DNA of 64,000 nucleotides, from the NCBI GenBank assembly GCA_965205605.1, contig CBDBHE010000007.1:512001-576000 (forward strand), given 5' to 3'. This document shows, piece by piece, positions 39,769 to 50,259 of the stretch. The notes beneath the pieces were generated by a model that saw nothing but the letters and a program-made list of their open reading frames with translations, did no database searches and had not been told where the DNA came from. Each line of letters opens with the position of its first letter. Within the stretch, counting starts at the first letter, position 1. A program made the translations under genes and the position numbers. The stretch comes from Spirochaetota bacterium. GTDB taxonomy: Bacteria > Spirochaetota > UBA12135 > COTS27 > CBDBHE01.

Positions 39769-39910
39769 TGTTTAAAGTTTTCCTTTTCAATAAGTATATA
39801 TATAGGAAAAAAAATGAAGTTTAACTGATTTTTTATTTTTTTTTTCAATAAAATTTTGATTTGGGGAGTAAATAGTATTTAAAGATAAAAGGAGTAATAT
39901 ATAAAGGTCT

Positions 39911-40369
39911 ATGTTTGAACAAAAAAAGAAAAAAGAAAGCCTTTTTAAAGTAGTAGGTACTTTGATAAGAAAGTTTAGAAAACTTAAAGGGTTGTCTCAA
40001 AAAGAGTTATCAAAGCGGACAGTTAATAAAATTAAACCAAGTTACATTGGTAGGATTGAAAGAGGACAGCAAAATCCATCTATTGAAACCATTGATCAAA
40101 TTTTTGTAGCATTAGATATTGATTTAGCTAATTTTTTAAAATGTGTTTTCTTTGCTGAAAAGAAAGAAGAGTGTCATTTAATATTAGAAAAAAAATCACA
40201 AATTATTAAAAATATTAAATCTTTTGGGGATTATAAAATGAATTTCTTTTTTGGTTTTTATAATTTTTTCAGTGTTTTTTTTAAAGGCATCGAAGAAAAA
40301 ATGGAACAAAATATGGGTTTTGCTAAGGTTGCTAGTGGAGTCGCAAAACTTAAAAAAGACAAAGAGTAG
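39911..40369 (+). CDS. XRE-family HTH regulator
   Basis: IRKFRKLKGLSQKELS...SYIGRIERGQQNPSIETI. Confidence 0.9.
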   Translation: MFEQKKKKESLFKVVGTLIRKFRKLKGLSQKELSKRTVNKIKPSYIGRIERGQQNPSIETIDQIFVALDIDLANFLKCVFFAEKKEECHLILEKKSQIIKNIKSFGDYKMNFFFGFYNFFSVFFKGIEEKMEQNMGFAKVASGVAKLKKDKE

Positions 40370-40405
40370 CTTTTTTTAAGAAATATGTTAGATTTTTATT
40401 TTTAA

Positions 40406-42127
40406 ATGTCATTAAAGAAATCTCATTTTAATCACCATCGGAGGTATTCAAAAGAAATTGTTGATGGATTTGAGCGTGCGGCGAGTCGAGGAATGTTGTA
40501 TGCAGTCGGTTTTAAGAAAGATGATTTTAAAAAAAATCAAATAGGGATTGCTTCTACTTGGAGTCAAGTGACGCCTTGTAATATTCACCTTGATGTGTTA
40601 GCAAAAGCGTCTGCAAAAGAAGTTGAAAAGCAAGGAGGTAAATCGCTTATTTTTAATACGATTACGATTTCTGATGGGATTTCAATGGGAACAGAAGGCA
40701 TGAAGTATTCACTTGTTTCTAGAGAAGTAATAGCCGACTCGATAGAAACGGTTGTGAGCTGTCAAGGCTTTGATGGAGTTGTTACTATTGGAGGTTGTGA
40801 TAAGAATATGCCAGGATCTCTAATGGCACTGGCAAGGCTTAATCGTCCTTCTATTTTTGTGTATGGCGGAACGATTTTACCTGCTTGTAAGAAAATTAAG
40901 GGTAAGAAAGTAAAAATGGATATAGTGTCTATTTTTGAAGCGATTGGGGCTTATACAAAAAAAACGATCACAAGAAAAGAGCTTGAAGACATTACGGCTT
41001 GCGCGATTCCAGGGGCGGGATCTTGCGGAGGAATGTATACGGCTAATACCATGGCAAGTGCCATTGAAGTGATGGGGATGAGTCTTTTAGGTAGTTCTTC
41101 GATGACAGCTGTTTCAAAAGATAAAAAAAAAGAAGCTAGAAGGGCGGGAGAGAAAGTCCTTGATTTAATTAAAAAAAATATTACCCCAAAAGATATTATG
41201 ACTAAAAAAGCGTTTGAAAATGCGATTGTTTTGATTTGTGCTTTAGGGGGCTCAACCAATGCGGTGCTTCATTTGCTTGCGATGGCTCATGCGATGGGAG
41301 TGAGCCTTAACATTGATGATTTTACTAGAATCGGAAAAAAAGTGCCTGTTTTAGCGGACCTTCGTCCTAGTGGCAAGTACTTGATGAGTGAGTTTATTGA
41401 AATAGGGGGGGTTGCTCCTTTAGTGAAAAGACTAATTGAAAAAAAATTGATTGATGGAGATACCTTAACAGTTGAAGGGATGACTTTAGCACAATCGTTA
41501 AAAAAAATCCCTGATTATGTTTCCTCTCAAAATATGGTTCGCTCTTTTGACGATCCGATTAAAAAAAATAGTCATTTGGTTATTTTGTATGGCAATTTGG
41601 CCCCTAAGGGAGCGGTTGCTAAAATTTCTGGAAAAGAAGGAGAAGTGTTTTCTGGAAAAGCAAATGTTTTTAATTCTGAAAAAGAAGCTTTAAAAGCAAT
41701 TTTGGCAGGAAAAGTCAAAGAAGGAGAGGTCGTTGTGATTCGTTATGAAGGCCCTAAAGGAGGCCCTGGTATGCGAGAAATGCTTTCTCCGACTTCAGCA
41801 ATTATGGGTAGGGGTTTGGGTAAAAAAGTCGCTCTCATTACCGATGGTCGTTTTTCAGGAGGTAGTCATGGTTTTGTTATTGGTCACATTAGCCCTGAAG
41901 CGTATGAAGGGGGGCCTTTGGCAGTTGTAAAAAATGGAGATCCCATTACTATTGATGCCAAAAAACGAATTCTTTCTTTAAATATCGAACCAAAAATCAT
42001 TGAAAAACGACTTTCTACTTTTAAAACCCCTTCTACCAAATATCAAAAAGGAGTTCTTGCTAAATACCGCCACCATGTTACTTCCGCTAGTCAAGGAGCG
42101 GTAACTGATTTTTTTAAACAAAATTAG
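40406..42127 (+). CDS. ilvD: Dihydroxy-acid dehydratase
   Basis: PCNIH, SDGISMG, GCDKNMPG, CGGMYTANTM, GGSTNAVLH, TDGRFSG. Confidence 0.97.
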   Translation: MSLKKSHFNHHRRYSKEIVDGFERAASRGMLYAVGFKKDDFKKNQIGIASTWSQVTPCNIHLDVLAKASAKEVEKQGGKSLIFNTITISDGISMGTEGMKYSLVSREVIADSIETVVSCQGFDGVVTIGGCDKNMPGSLMALARLNRPSIFVYGGTILPACKKIKGKKVKMDIVSIFEAIGAYTKKTITRKELEDITACAIPGAGSCGGMYTANTMASAIEVMGMSLLGSSSMTAVSKDKKKEARRAGEKVLDLIKKNITPKDIMTKKAFENAIVLICALGGSTNAVLHLLAMAHAMGVSLNIDDFTRIGKKVPVLADLRPSGKYLMSEFIEIGGVAPLVKRLIEKKLIDGDTLTVEGMTLAQSLKKIPDYVSSQNMVRSFDDPIKKNSHLVILYGNLAPKGAVAKISGKEGEVFSGKANVFNSEKEALKAILAGKVKEGEVVVIRYEGPKGGPGMREMLSPTSAIMGRGLGKKVALITDGRFSGGSHGFVIGHISPEAYEGGPLAVVKNGDPITIDAKKRILSLNIEPKIIEKRLSTFKTPSTKYQKGVLAKYRHHVTSASQGAVTDFFKQN

Positions 42128-42200
42128 TTTTTTTTTGTAAACTTAAAAGAAATCACCTATAATTTCTAATAAACTTTATTTATATTTTGTTAAAAAAACT

Positions 42201-43907
42201 ATGTTTCAATTTTTAAAAAAGCCTTGGTCTCGTTTTTATACTTATTTACCTAAACAAAAAACGATTTCTTTAGATTATCAACATCTCCCTCAAATGCTTT
42301 CTACTGTTATTGAGCAAGTGCCTTCTAAAAAAGCCTTTGTTCAAGTCATGCCAAATGGGATGCAAGCCTCTCTTTCCTTTTATCAAGTTGGCTTTTATTC
42401 CGATGAGTTTGCTTTATATTTAAGAGAAATTATAGGGATTAAAGAAGGAGATAGAGTTGCGGTACAAATGCCAAATTGTCTTACGTATCCCATTGTTTCT
42501 TTGGGTATTTTAAAAGCAGGGGGTATTTTGGTCAATGTTAACCCTTTGTCCACCTCTTATGAAATGAAAGAAAAATTTAAAGATTGTGAACCTAAAGGAT
42601 TGGTTATTTTAGATATGTTTGCTGATAGGATTAGCAAAGCAATCGAAGGAGAGGCTATTAAGCAAGTCGTTCTAGTCAGTATTACCGAATTTTTTAACAA
42701 AAGACAAAAAATGATCATTGATTTTGTTTTAAAATACCTTAAAAAGCAAGTTCCCTCTTATCACGGAAAAGGAGTTTCTTATAAAGAGATTAGTTTTAAA
42801 GTGGCTTCTTTTTCTTTTAAAAAAAAATCTCTTTTAAAAGCATACCTTACAAATATTAATTTAAAAACAATCGCTCTGCTTCAATATACAGGAGGCACTA
42901 CAGGAGGCAGTACAAAAGCGGCTGTTTTGACCCACGAAAATTTAATTTCTAATATGGTTCAAATAGAGGTTTTTACTAAAGGGTTAGTGGTTAAAAATAA
43001 AGAATTGATTTTAACGGCTCTTCCTCTCTATCATTCTTTTGCTTTTACAGTTAATTTTCTTTTTTTCTTTTATCAAGGTGCCACTAACATCTTAATTCCT
43101 TCCCCCAGACCTATCACCAACTTGAAAAAACCAATGTTAAAATATCCCATTACTTGGTTTACAGGTGTCAATACTCTCTTTAAAGGACTCCTTGACTCAA
43201 AATGGTTTTCTAAAAAATATTTTTCAAAGTTAAAAACTTCTGTTGCGGGAGGCATGGCGCTTGAAAGTAATGTTCTTAAACGATGGCAAGCCATTTTCCC
43301 TTCTAGCTTAATCGAAGGTTATGGGCTTTCAGAAGCGTCTCCTGTGGTTACTTTTAATCCTATAGGGGGTAATGTTAAAGAAGGGACAATTGGTATTCCA
43401 CTCCCTTTCACCGATGCAAAGTGTGTGAATAAAAATGGAAAAGAAGTAAAAATAAAAGCAGTAGGAGAGTTAATTGTTAAAGGGCCTCAAGTGATGAAGG
43501 GGTATTGGAAAAAAGATATTGAAACAAAAAATAGCTTAAAAAAAGGGTGGCTGTATACCGGAGACATTGCTTTTATGGATAAGGAAGGGTACTTTAAAAT
43601 TGTTGATCGAAAAAAAGATATTATTATTGTCAGTGGATTTAATGTGTTTCCAAGTGAAGTGGAAGATTGTATTACGATGATGGATGGGGTTTTAGAAGTA
43701 GGGGTGGTGGGAATTAAAGATGATAAGACCAGTGAAGCTGTTAAAGCATTTATTGTTAAAAAAGACCCTTCTTTACAAGTAGATATGATTAAAAATCATT
43801 GTTGTGAGTATTTATCTGCTTATAAAGTACCGAAATTTTATGAGTTTAGAGAGGAACTTCCTAAAACAGTTATTGGTAAAATTTTAAGAAAAGACCTTAA
43901 AGAATAA
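42201..43907 (+). CDS. fadD: Long-chain fatty acid-CoA ligase
   Basis: LQYTGGTTG, EGYGLSEASP, TGDIA, DRKKD, PKTVIGKILR. Confidence 0.92.
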   Translation: MFQFLKKPWSRFYTYLPKQKTISLDYQHLPQMLSTVIEQVPSKKAFVQVMPNGMQASLSFYQVGFYSDEFALYLREIIGIKEGDRVAVQMPNCLTYPIVSLGILKAGGILVNVNPLSTSYEMKEKFKDCEPKGLVILDMFADRISKAIEGEAIKQVVLVSITEFFNKRQKMIIDFVLKYLKKQVPSYHGKGVSYKEISFKVASFSFKKKSLLKAYLTNINLKTIALLQYTGGTTGGSTKAAVLTHENLISNMVQIEVFTKGLVVKNKELILTALPLYHSFAFTVNFLFFFYQGATNILIPSPRPITNLKKPMLKYPITWFTGVNTLFKGLLDSKWFSKKYFSKLKTSVAGGMALESNVLKRWQAIFPSSLIEGYGLSEASPVVTFNPIGGNVKEGTIGIPLPFTDAKCVNKNGKEVKIKAVGELIVKGPQVMKGYWKKDIETKNSLKKGWLYTGDIAFMDKEGYFKIVDRKKDIIIVSGFNVFPSEVEDCITMMDGVLEVGVVGIKDDKTSEAVKAFIVKKDPSLQVDMIKNHCCEYLSAYKVPKFYEFREELPKTVIGKILRKDLKE

Positions 43908-43978
43908 TTTTTAAGACTCAATAAAGCTATTTTTTTTTAATACTATAATTTTTTTATAAAAAAATTAATGATAACCTC

Positions 43979-44893
43979 ATGAACCTTTTACAAAAAGAAC
44001 TGAAACTTTTTTTCCCAACTATTTTTAAAGAAAACGTCGATCTTTCTTATCATTCTACTTTAAGGACAGGGGGTTGTGCGAAGTATTATTTTGAAATTGA
44101 CTGTTTGGAAGATCTTGAGGGGGTGTTTGAATGGAGTCAAAAAAAAGGGATTGATTTTTTAGTTTTGGGAAGAGGGAGTAATGTTGTTATTCAAGATCGT
44201 CCTTTGGGTGTTTTTGTTTTGAGCTTAAAAAGAAGGAAGGTTTGTTTTGAAAAAAGAAATAATGAAATGACTTTTTTTGCTTTTACGCCTTTTTATCAAG
44301 CCATTAAAGAAAGTCAAAAATATTTTTTAAAAGGCATGGAGTTTGCAACAGGGATCCCTGGTACAATTGGGGGGGGGCTTAAAATGAATGCAGGCACAAA
44401 ACAAGGAGAACTAAAAGATTCTTTTATAAGAGCGGCTATTTTTAGAAATGGTAAATTAGAAACCTTCTTTAAAAATGATTTAAATTTAAGCTATCGATCT
44501 TCAGCCTTAGGGGATAAAGATGTTATTTGGAAGGTTACTTTTTTACTATCTCAAGTGAGTGAAGAAGAAATGATATTTCTTAAAAAAAAATCTCAATCTT
44601 ACTTAGAATATCGCAAACAAACCCAACCACTTAATAAACCTAGTGGAGGCTCTACGTTTAAAAACCCCAAGGGCTTTAAAGCTGCCAAATTAATTGAACA
44701 AGCTGGACTTAAGGGAAAAAAAATAGGGGGAATGATGATTTCAGAAAAGCACCCTAATTTTGTTGTTAATGATGACCGAGGAACGGCTCAAGATACGTGG
44801 GACCTCATTGATTTTGTTCAAGAAACGGTTGATAAAAAATTTAACATTCTTTTACAACCAGAGCTTATTTCTTTTGGAAAGAAAGGAACGTGA
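43979..44893 (+). CDS. murB: UDP-N-acetylmuramate dehydrogenase
   Basis: GRGSN, GIPGTIGG..MNAG, SGGSTFKNP, SEKHPNF. Confidence 0.95.
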   Translation: MNLLQKELKLFFPTIFKENVDLSYHSTLRTGGCAKYYFEIDCLEDLEGVFEWSQKKGIDFLVLGRGSNVVIQDRPLGVFVLSLKRRKVCFEKRNNEMTFFAFTPFYQAIKESQKYFLKGMEFATGIPGTIGGGLKMNAGTKQGELKDSFIRAAIFRNGKLETFFKNDLNLSYRSSALGDKDVIWKVTFLLSQVSEEEMIFLKKKSQSYLEYRKQTQPLNKPSGGSTFKNPKGFKAAKLIEQAGLKGKKIGGMMISEKHPNFVVNDDRGTAQDTWDLIDFVQETVDKKFNILLQPELISFGKKGT

Positions 44894-44897
44894 TCGT

Positions 44898-45740
44898 TTA
44901 ATTTAATCTAAGAAGCCCTAGTCCATTAATACAATTATCCTTAACTCTCACTTCCCAATGTAAGTGAGGGCCTGTTGCTAAACCGCTTTCTCCAATCAGA
45001 CCGATGACTTGTCCTTTTTTAACCACTTGTCCTTGTTTGACTTTAATGGCACTTAAATGCCAGTAAGACGTTATTATAAAGCAGCCGTGATTGATGAGAA
45101 TGATTTTGCCCCGGATTCTTTTTTCTCCGACATAAATCACTTTCCCATGATTAGAAGCCATCACTTTTCCTTCATTTTTTTTTTTAAAATCAATGCCTCG
45201 ATGATAGTTTGTTTTTTGAGTATTATAAAGACGTAATTTTCCGTAATGCGAAGAAATCGTGACATGAGAAACGGGCAATTTCCATTTACCGACCCATCTT
45301 TGAAAGCGATCTTCTTTTAAAAAAAAAGGATGAAAAAACTCATTTTCTTTTTGACTTTTTTTTCTATTTAAACTTAGTTTTTTTTTAATGGGAGTTGGGA
45401 GATTGACAAATCCTTTTGGTTTTTTTTTCTTTTTTTTTTCTATATAAATGATTTTTTGATATTGTTTTGTTTGAGTTTTAATTAAAAGATGCCATTTTTT
45501 TACGTGGTATTGGATATCAAAGCCATCGAAGAAAAAATAAGTGTTTTTTTTTGTTTGATCTTGGTAATAATTTCTTTGTTTATGATTGACAAAGACGGTA
45601 GCAGTTTGATCTTTTTTAGAATCAATTGTGAAGGTAATTTTGATAATTTCACCAGGCTTTACTTCATTTTGAATCGATACATTTAAGCTGAAAAGAAAAG
45701 AAAAAAAAATTAAAAAGAGAAAAATAATTTTGTGAGACAT
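44898..45740 (-). CDS. M23 family peptidase
   Basis: Signal peptide; HRGIDF, YWHLS, TGPHLHWE. Confidence 0.92.
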   Translation of the reverse strand: MSHKIIFLFLIFFSFLFSLNVSIQNEVKPGEIIKITFTIDSKKDQTATVFVNHKQRNYYQDQTKKNTYFFFDGFDIQYHVKKWHLLIKTQTKQYQKIIYIEKKKKKKPKGFVNLPTPIKKKLSLNRKKSQKENEFFHPFFLKEDRFQRWVGKWKLPVSHVTISSHYGKLRLYNTQKTNYHRGIDFKKKNEGKVMASNHGKVIYVGEKRIRGKIILINHGCFIITSYWHLSAIKVKQGQVVKKGQVIGLIGESGLATGPHLHWEVRVKDNCINGLGLLRLN

Positions 45741-45844
45741 TTTTGGAGCAAAAAATTAATTAATGATTATTTAATTAATAAGTTTAGTTTAAAAAGACAT
45801 GTGGTACAATGACTTGATTCATTAAATAACGTATTATTTTAAGT

Positions 45845-46456
45845 TTGATGGAATTCAAAAAAATTTTTAAAAAAAAAATAGGAATTTTTCCAGGATCTTT
45901 TAACCCCATTCATTTAGGCCACTTAACCATTGCCCAAAAGGCGTATGAGAAACTTGTTTTAGATGAAATTTGGTTTGTTTTAACGCCTCAAAATCCCTTT
46001 AAAAAAAATTCGACTTTACTGGCTTTTAAAAATCGGTGGCAACTTTTAAAAGTGGCTCTTAGAAAAAAAAAGTATTTTAAAAGAAGTCAAATAGAAAGAT
46101 GCTTGCCTAAACCCAATTATACGAGTAAAACCATTCGACTTTTAAAAATTCGATATCCTTTTTATGATTTTACCCTTATTTTAGGGGAAGATAATTTAGC
46201 CAATTTTGATCAGTGGAAGCATTCAAAATGGCTTTTGCAAACCATCCCCATTGCTTTTTATAAAAGAGGGAGCAGATTTTCTTTAAAAAAAGCAATGCTT
46301 CAAAAAGTTTTTCTGATTTCAAAAGAAATAGTTGCCATTTCTTCAAGTGAAATTAGGACGATGTTACGAAAAAAAGATTTTTCAAAAAAAGTGGTTAAAG
46401 CGTATCTTTCAAAATCTGTTTTAGATATGATAAAAGAAAAAAATTTTTATCTCTAA
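45845..46456 (+). CDS. nadD: Nicotinate-nucleotide adenylyltransferase
   Basis: GSFNPIHLGH, ILGEDN, ISSSEIR. Confidence 0.95.
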   Translation: MMEFKKIFKKKIGIFPGSFNPIHLGHLTIAQKAYEKLVLDEIWFVLTPQNPFKKNSTLLAFKNRWQLLKVALRKKKYFKRSQIERCLPKPNYTSKTIRLLKIRYPFYDFTLILGEDNLANFDQWKHSKWLLQTIPIAFYKRGSRFSLKKAMLQKVFLISKEIVAISSSEIRTMLRKKDFSKKVVKAYLSKSVLDMIKEKNFYL

Positions 46457-46552
46457 TGGACTAAAGACTTTAGTTTTGTGTTAAAGAGGTTAAAATAGAT
46501 AGTTATTTATTTTAAAAAGTATTATAATGTTAAACTAATAGTTGTTTTTTAA

Positions 46553-49500
46553 TTGGTGCAAAAATTTTTTAGTACAAAATCGACTTTATCAAAGTCTTCT
46601 TATCAATATAAAATTGATCCTCGTTTTTTAGCTAGTGATGGGGTTGAAATTTACACAGGGTGCGAATTAATTGTTAAAGGTCTTTTAGAAACAGAAGGGG
46701 GTAGTCATCTTTGGACAGGATATCCAGGATCGCCGGTTTCTGGATTTTTTGATCAATTTAAAAAATTAGGCCCTCTTTTAAAAGAAAAAGGGATTCGCGG
46801 GGCACAAGCAAATAATGAAGCGCTTGCCGCAGCGATGGTTAATGGTTCACAAATGTTGCCTTTAAAAGTGATGGCAGCGATGAAAAGTGTTGGTTTTCAT
46901 GTGGCTTCGGATTCTTTATCACTTGGTAATCTAGCAGGAGCAAACCCTAAAGGAGGAGGGGTTTTGATTTTAGTAGGAGATGATCCTTGGAATCAAAGTA
47001 CCCAAGTGCCAGCTGATTCTCGTTTTATTAGTGAGCATATGCATATGCCTGTTTTAGAGCCTAGTGGCCCACAAGAAATGAAAGATTGGGTCGATTTAGG
47101 GTTTAAGCTTTCTAATGCTTCTCTTTTTTACATCACTTATCTTTTAATGACCCATCAAGCAGATGGAGCTGGAACCGTCAAAATTTTTAAAAATCAATAC
47201 CCTTTCTTTAATATGAATTTCAAATCTAATATCGAAACGCTTACTATTGGAATGAAAGAACCTACAATCATGCTACCACCAATAACAGAGAAAAAAGAAC
47301 AACAGCTTATTTTTAGAAGAGAAGCTCTCCATCAAGCAAGTAGAAAACTTGATATTGATAAAATTCTTTACTCTAGAAAAACTTCAAAAGCTTCTATTGG
47401 ATTTATTACTTCAGGGTGTTCGTTTGTGTATTTAAGGCATGCTTTAATGGAGCTTGATCTTTGGGGAGAGTATCCTGTTTTAAAATTAGGGATTACATAT
47501 CCCATTGACCCTAAAAAGGTACTTGATTTTTTAAGCCAAGTTGAAAATGTAGTGGTCGTTGAGGAAAGAAGAAGTTTTATTGAAAAACAAATTTTAGATA
47601 TTACTAATACCGCTTCCATTATAAAAGCTAAGCAAAAGAAAGAAAGAAAAATACCTCTAATTTATGGGAAAAACTTTCCCAACCAAATGGAAGGATTTCC
47701 ATCTACTTTAGGGCTCAATCCTTCTATGGTTGAAGAAAAAGTAGGTTTGATCATTTCTTTTTTAGGGGATAGAAAGAATTTAAAAAAAATAAAAGAAGAA
47801 ATTTCATTTATTAAAAAAATTCAAAATATTCAAATAGAAACCCCTGTTAGGACGCCTACTTTTTGTCCCGGATGTCCTCATCGAGATAGTTCGAGTAATT
47901 TTAAAAAAATTAAAAAAGACTTTATGAATCCCGTTTATATGAAAAAAAATCATCAAAGAGGAGTGGTTGATCTGATTTTTCACGGAGATACAGGTTGTTA
48001 TTCGATGCTCTCTTTCGAGCCTAATAAAGAACTAATGCACAACTATTCAGGGATGGGTTTAGGAGGAGGGACAGGAGCAGGTATTGATCCTTTTATTATT
48101 AATAAACAAATTGTTTTTATGGGGGATTCTACTTTTTTTCATTCAGGAAGTGTGGCAATTTCAAATGCTCTTAAAAATAATCAAGATATTACTTTTGTTA
48201 TTTTAGATAATGATACAACCGCTATGACAGGACATCAAACCACACCAGGTCTTTCTATAGGGGCATCTAATGAAACCACTCCTTTTCAAAAAATTGATGA
48301 TATTGTTAGGTCAATTGGTAAAAGAGAAAAACATTTTCCCGTCGCTCGTATTAATCCTGAAGATTGGCAATCTTATAGAAAAATAGTAGAAGAAAAAATC
48401 CTTTTAAAGGGTGTGAAAATTATTATTGCGGATAAAGAATGTGCCATTACTTATTATCGAAAAGAACGAATTAAAGAATCTCAAGTTGAAAATAAAAAAG
48501 GATTCTTACCTTCTAAACAATACATGAATGTTGTTGAAGAAACTTGTGAAAATTGCCTTGAATGCACCAATACAACCGGATGTCCTGGCCTTACTGTCAA
48601 ATCAACCCCGTATGGCAATAAGATTCAAACAGATACTTCTTGGTGTGTTAACGATCGAGCTTGTAGCAAAGTTGAAGCTTGTCCTTCTTTCGAATCTATT
48701 ACCGTAAAACGTAAAAAAGAGATTAAAAATCCTCTTGATATGATTGATCTTTATTCACCTTCGAAGCCTAAACAAATTTTTTCTTTTAGTCATTATTGGG
48801 GAGTGCATCTTGCTGGTGTAGGCGGGATGGGGACGGGAGTCCTTTCTGCTATTATTGGAAGAAGTTGCGTCAAAAGAGGCTATCAAGTCCGTTATAGTGA
48901 TAAAAAGGGACTAGCTGTTAGAAATGGAAGTGTGTATTCTAATATTATTGCTTATAAAGAGGGTAGAGAAGAACCTTCTAATGTCATCCCTTACGGGAAA
49001 GCGGATCTTCTAATTGGTATGGATCTTTTAGAAGCAGCAAGGGGGATTAGTTCGTTTCCTTCTCGTGGGGTAGCTTCTAAAGAGAAAACTTCTGCTATTG
49101 TTAATACTTCAAAAACGCCTACTGTTTTAAATTTAATGGGAGAAAATTTTTTTTCTGATGAAAAATTACTACAACAAGTTAAACAACATATTAAAGAAGA
49201 ACATAGTTTTTTCATTGACTTGGGAACCATTTCAGAAAAATATTTTTCAAATAAAATGTATGTTAATTTAATGCTTTTAGGCATTGCTTATCAAAAAGGA
49301 TTGTTACCTGTTTTTGAAGAAGATTTACTTTGGGCCATAAAGGTAGTTGTAGGGCGTCATCAGGAAGAGAAAAATATTATTGCTTTTAAATTGGGGCGTT
49401 ATATTGTTGAAAATATTGCTTTTTTCATCGAAGAAAATCAAGCCAATTTTTCTTATAAAAAATTGCGAGATTACTTTCTCTCTCAAATAGAAAAGCATAA

Positions 49501-50245
49501 AAAAAGACATGTTCGTCGTTTTAAAGATTTACTTTCTTCTTTTGAACATTTGCCTAGATTGGATGATCTTTTAAAGAAAGACATTATTCGAAGAGTCTAT
49601 GACCTTATTTGGCATTCTGGGTTTTTTTATGCTAAAAAATATTTAGGTCTGGTGCTATCTATTTATGAAAAAGATTTAGAAGCAAAAGAAATGCAAATTA
49701 CTAAAGCTGTTATTTGGAATCTCGCTAAAGTCATGCTGATTAAAGATGAACTTTATGTCGCTCATTTACTCACTTCAGAAGAAAAAATCCTTCGTGATAA
49801 AAAGCGTTATCAAATTGACCCTTCAAGAGGAGATAAAATCTATTACAAGCGTTATAATCGTCCTTCTTTTCAAATAGGGCCTTTTAAAATTGCTTTTAAA
49901 GTGAATGCTCAAAATTGGCAACTCAATATTCTTAAAAGAATGCTTTTTTTAAGAAAATTACTACCTACTTGGCATAAAAGAGAAAAACTTTTTAGAGATT
50001 GGTATATTAATTTAACACAAGAATTCCTTTTTAAAACACAAAATGACTATTCAAAATGGCTTGAAATCTTTAATGCCCCAGAACAAGTCACCGGTTATAG
50101 AGAAATCCGTTACCCAAAAGAAGACAAGGTTAAAAGAAGAGTTTATGATCTTTTAATTGACCTTAATAAGAGAAGAGAGTCCAATCCTATTAATTTTTAT
50201 TCTATTTTTAAACAAGAAAAAAATTTAATTAAAACGGGCTCTTAA
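46553..50245 (+). CDS. Fused indolepyruvate:ferredoxin oxidoreductase (alpha+beta, DUF6537-type C-terminus)
   Basis: GYPGSP, ANNEALAA, FCPGCPH, GDTGCY, MGDSTFFHSG, TAMTGHQ, ferredoxin Cys cluster, AGVGGMG, KDELYVA. Confidence 0.92.
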   Translation: MVQKFFSTKSTLSKSSYQYKIDPRFLASDGVEIYTGCELIVKGLLETEGGSHLWTGYPGSPVSGFFDQFKKLGPLLKEKGIRGAQANNEALAAAMVNGSQMLPLKVMAAMKSVGFHVASDSLSLGNLAGANPKGGGVLILVGDDPWNQSTQVPADSRFISEHMHMPVLEPSGPQEMKDWVDLGFKLSNASLFYITYLLMTHQADGAGTVKIFKNQYPFFNMNFKSNIETLTIGMKEPTIMLPPITEKKEQQLIFRREALHQASRKLDIDKILYSRKTSKASIGFITSGCSFVYLRHALMELDLWGEYPVLKLGITYPIDPKKVLDFLSQVENVVVVEERRSFIEKQILDITNTASIIKAKQKKERKIPLIYGKNFPNQMEGFPSTLGLNPSMVEEKVGLIISFLGDRKNLKKIKEEISFIKKIQNIQIETPVRTPTFCPGCPHRDSSSNFKKIKKDFMNPVYMKKNHQRGVVDLIFHGDTGCYSMLSFEPNKELMHNYSGMGLGGGTGAGIDPFIINKQIVFMGDSTFFHSGSVAISNALKNNQDITFVILDNDTTAMTGHQTTPGLSIGASNETTPFQKIDDIVRSIGKREKHFPVARINPEDWQSYRKIVEEKILLKGVKIIIADKECAITYYRKERIKESQVENKKGFLPSKQYMNVVEETCENCLECTNTTGCPGLTVKSTPYGNKIQTDTSWCVNDRACSKVEACPSFESITVKRKKEIKNPLDMIDLYSPSKPKQIFSFSHYWGVHLAGVGGMGTGVLSAIIGRSCVKRGYQVRYSDKKGLAVRNGSVYSNIIAYKEGREEPSNVIPYGKADLLIGMDLLEAARGISSFPSRGVASKEKTSAIVNTSKTPTVLNLMGENFFSDEKLLQQVKQHIKEEHSFFIDLGTISEKYFSNKMYVNLMLLGIAYQKGLLPVFEEDLLWAIKVVVGRHQEEKNIIAFKLGRYIVENIAFFIEENQANFSYKKLRDYFLSQIEKHKKRHVRRFKDLLSSFEHLPRLDDLLKKDIIRRVYDLIWHSGFFYAKKYLGLVLSIYEKDLEAKEMQITKAVIWNLAKVMLIKDELYVAHLLTSEEKILRDKKRYQIDPSRGDKIYYKRYNRPSFQIGPFKIAFKVNAQNWQLNILKRMLFLRKLLPTWHKREKLFRDWYINLTQEFLFKTQNDYSKWLEIFNAPEQVTGYREIRYPKEDKVKRRVYDLLIDLNKRRESNPINFYSIFKQEKNLIKTGS

Positions 50246-50259
50246 TCTTCTAAAAATTT

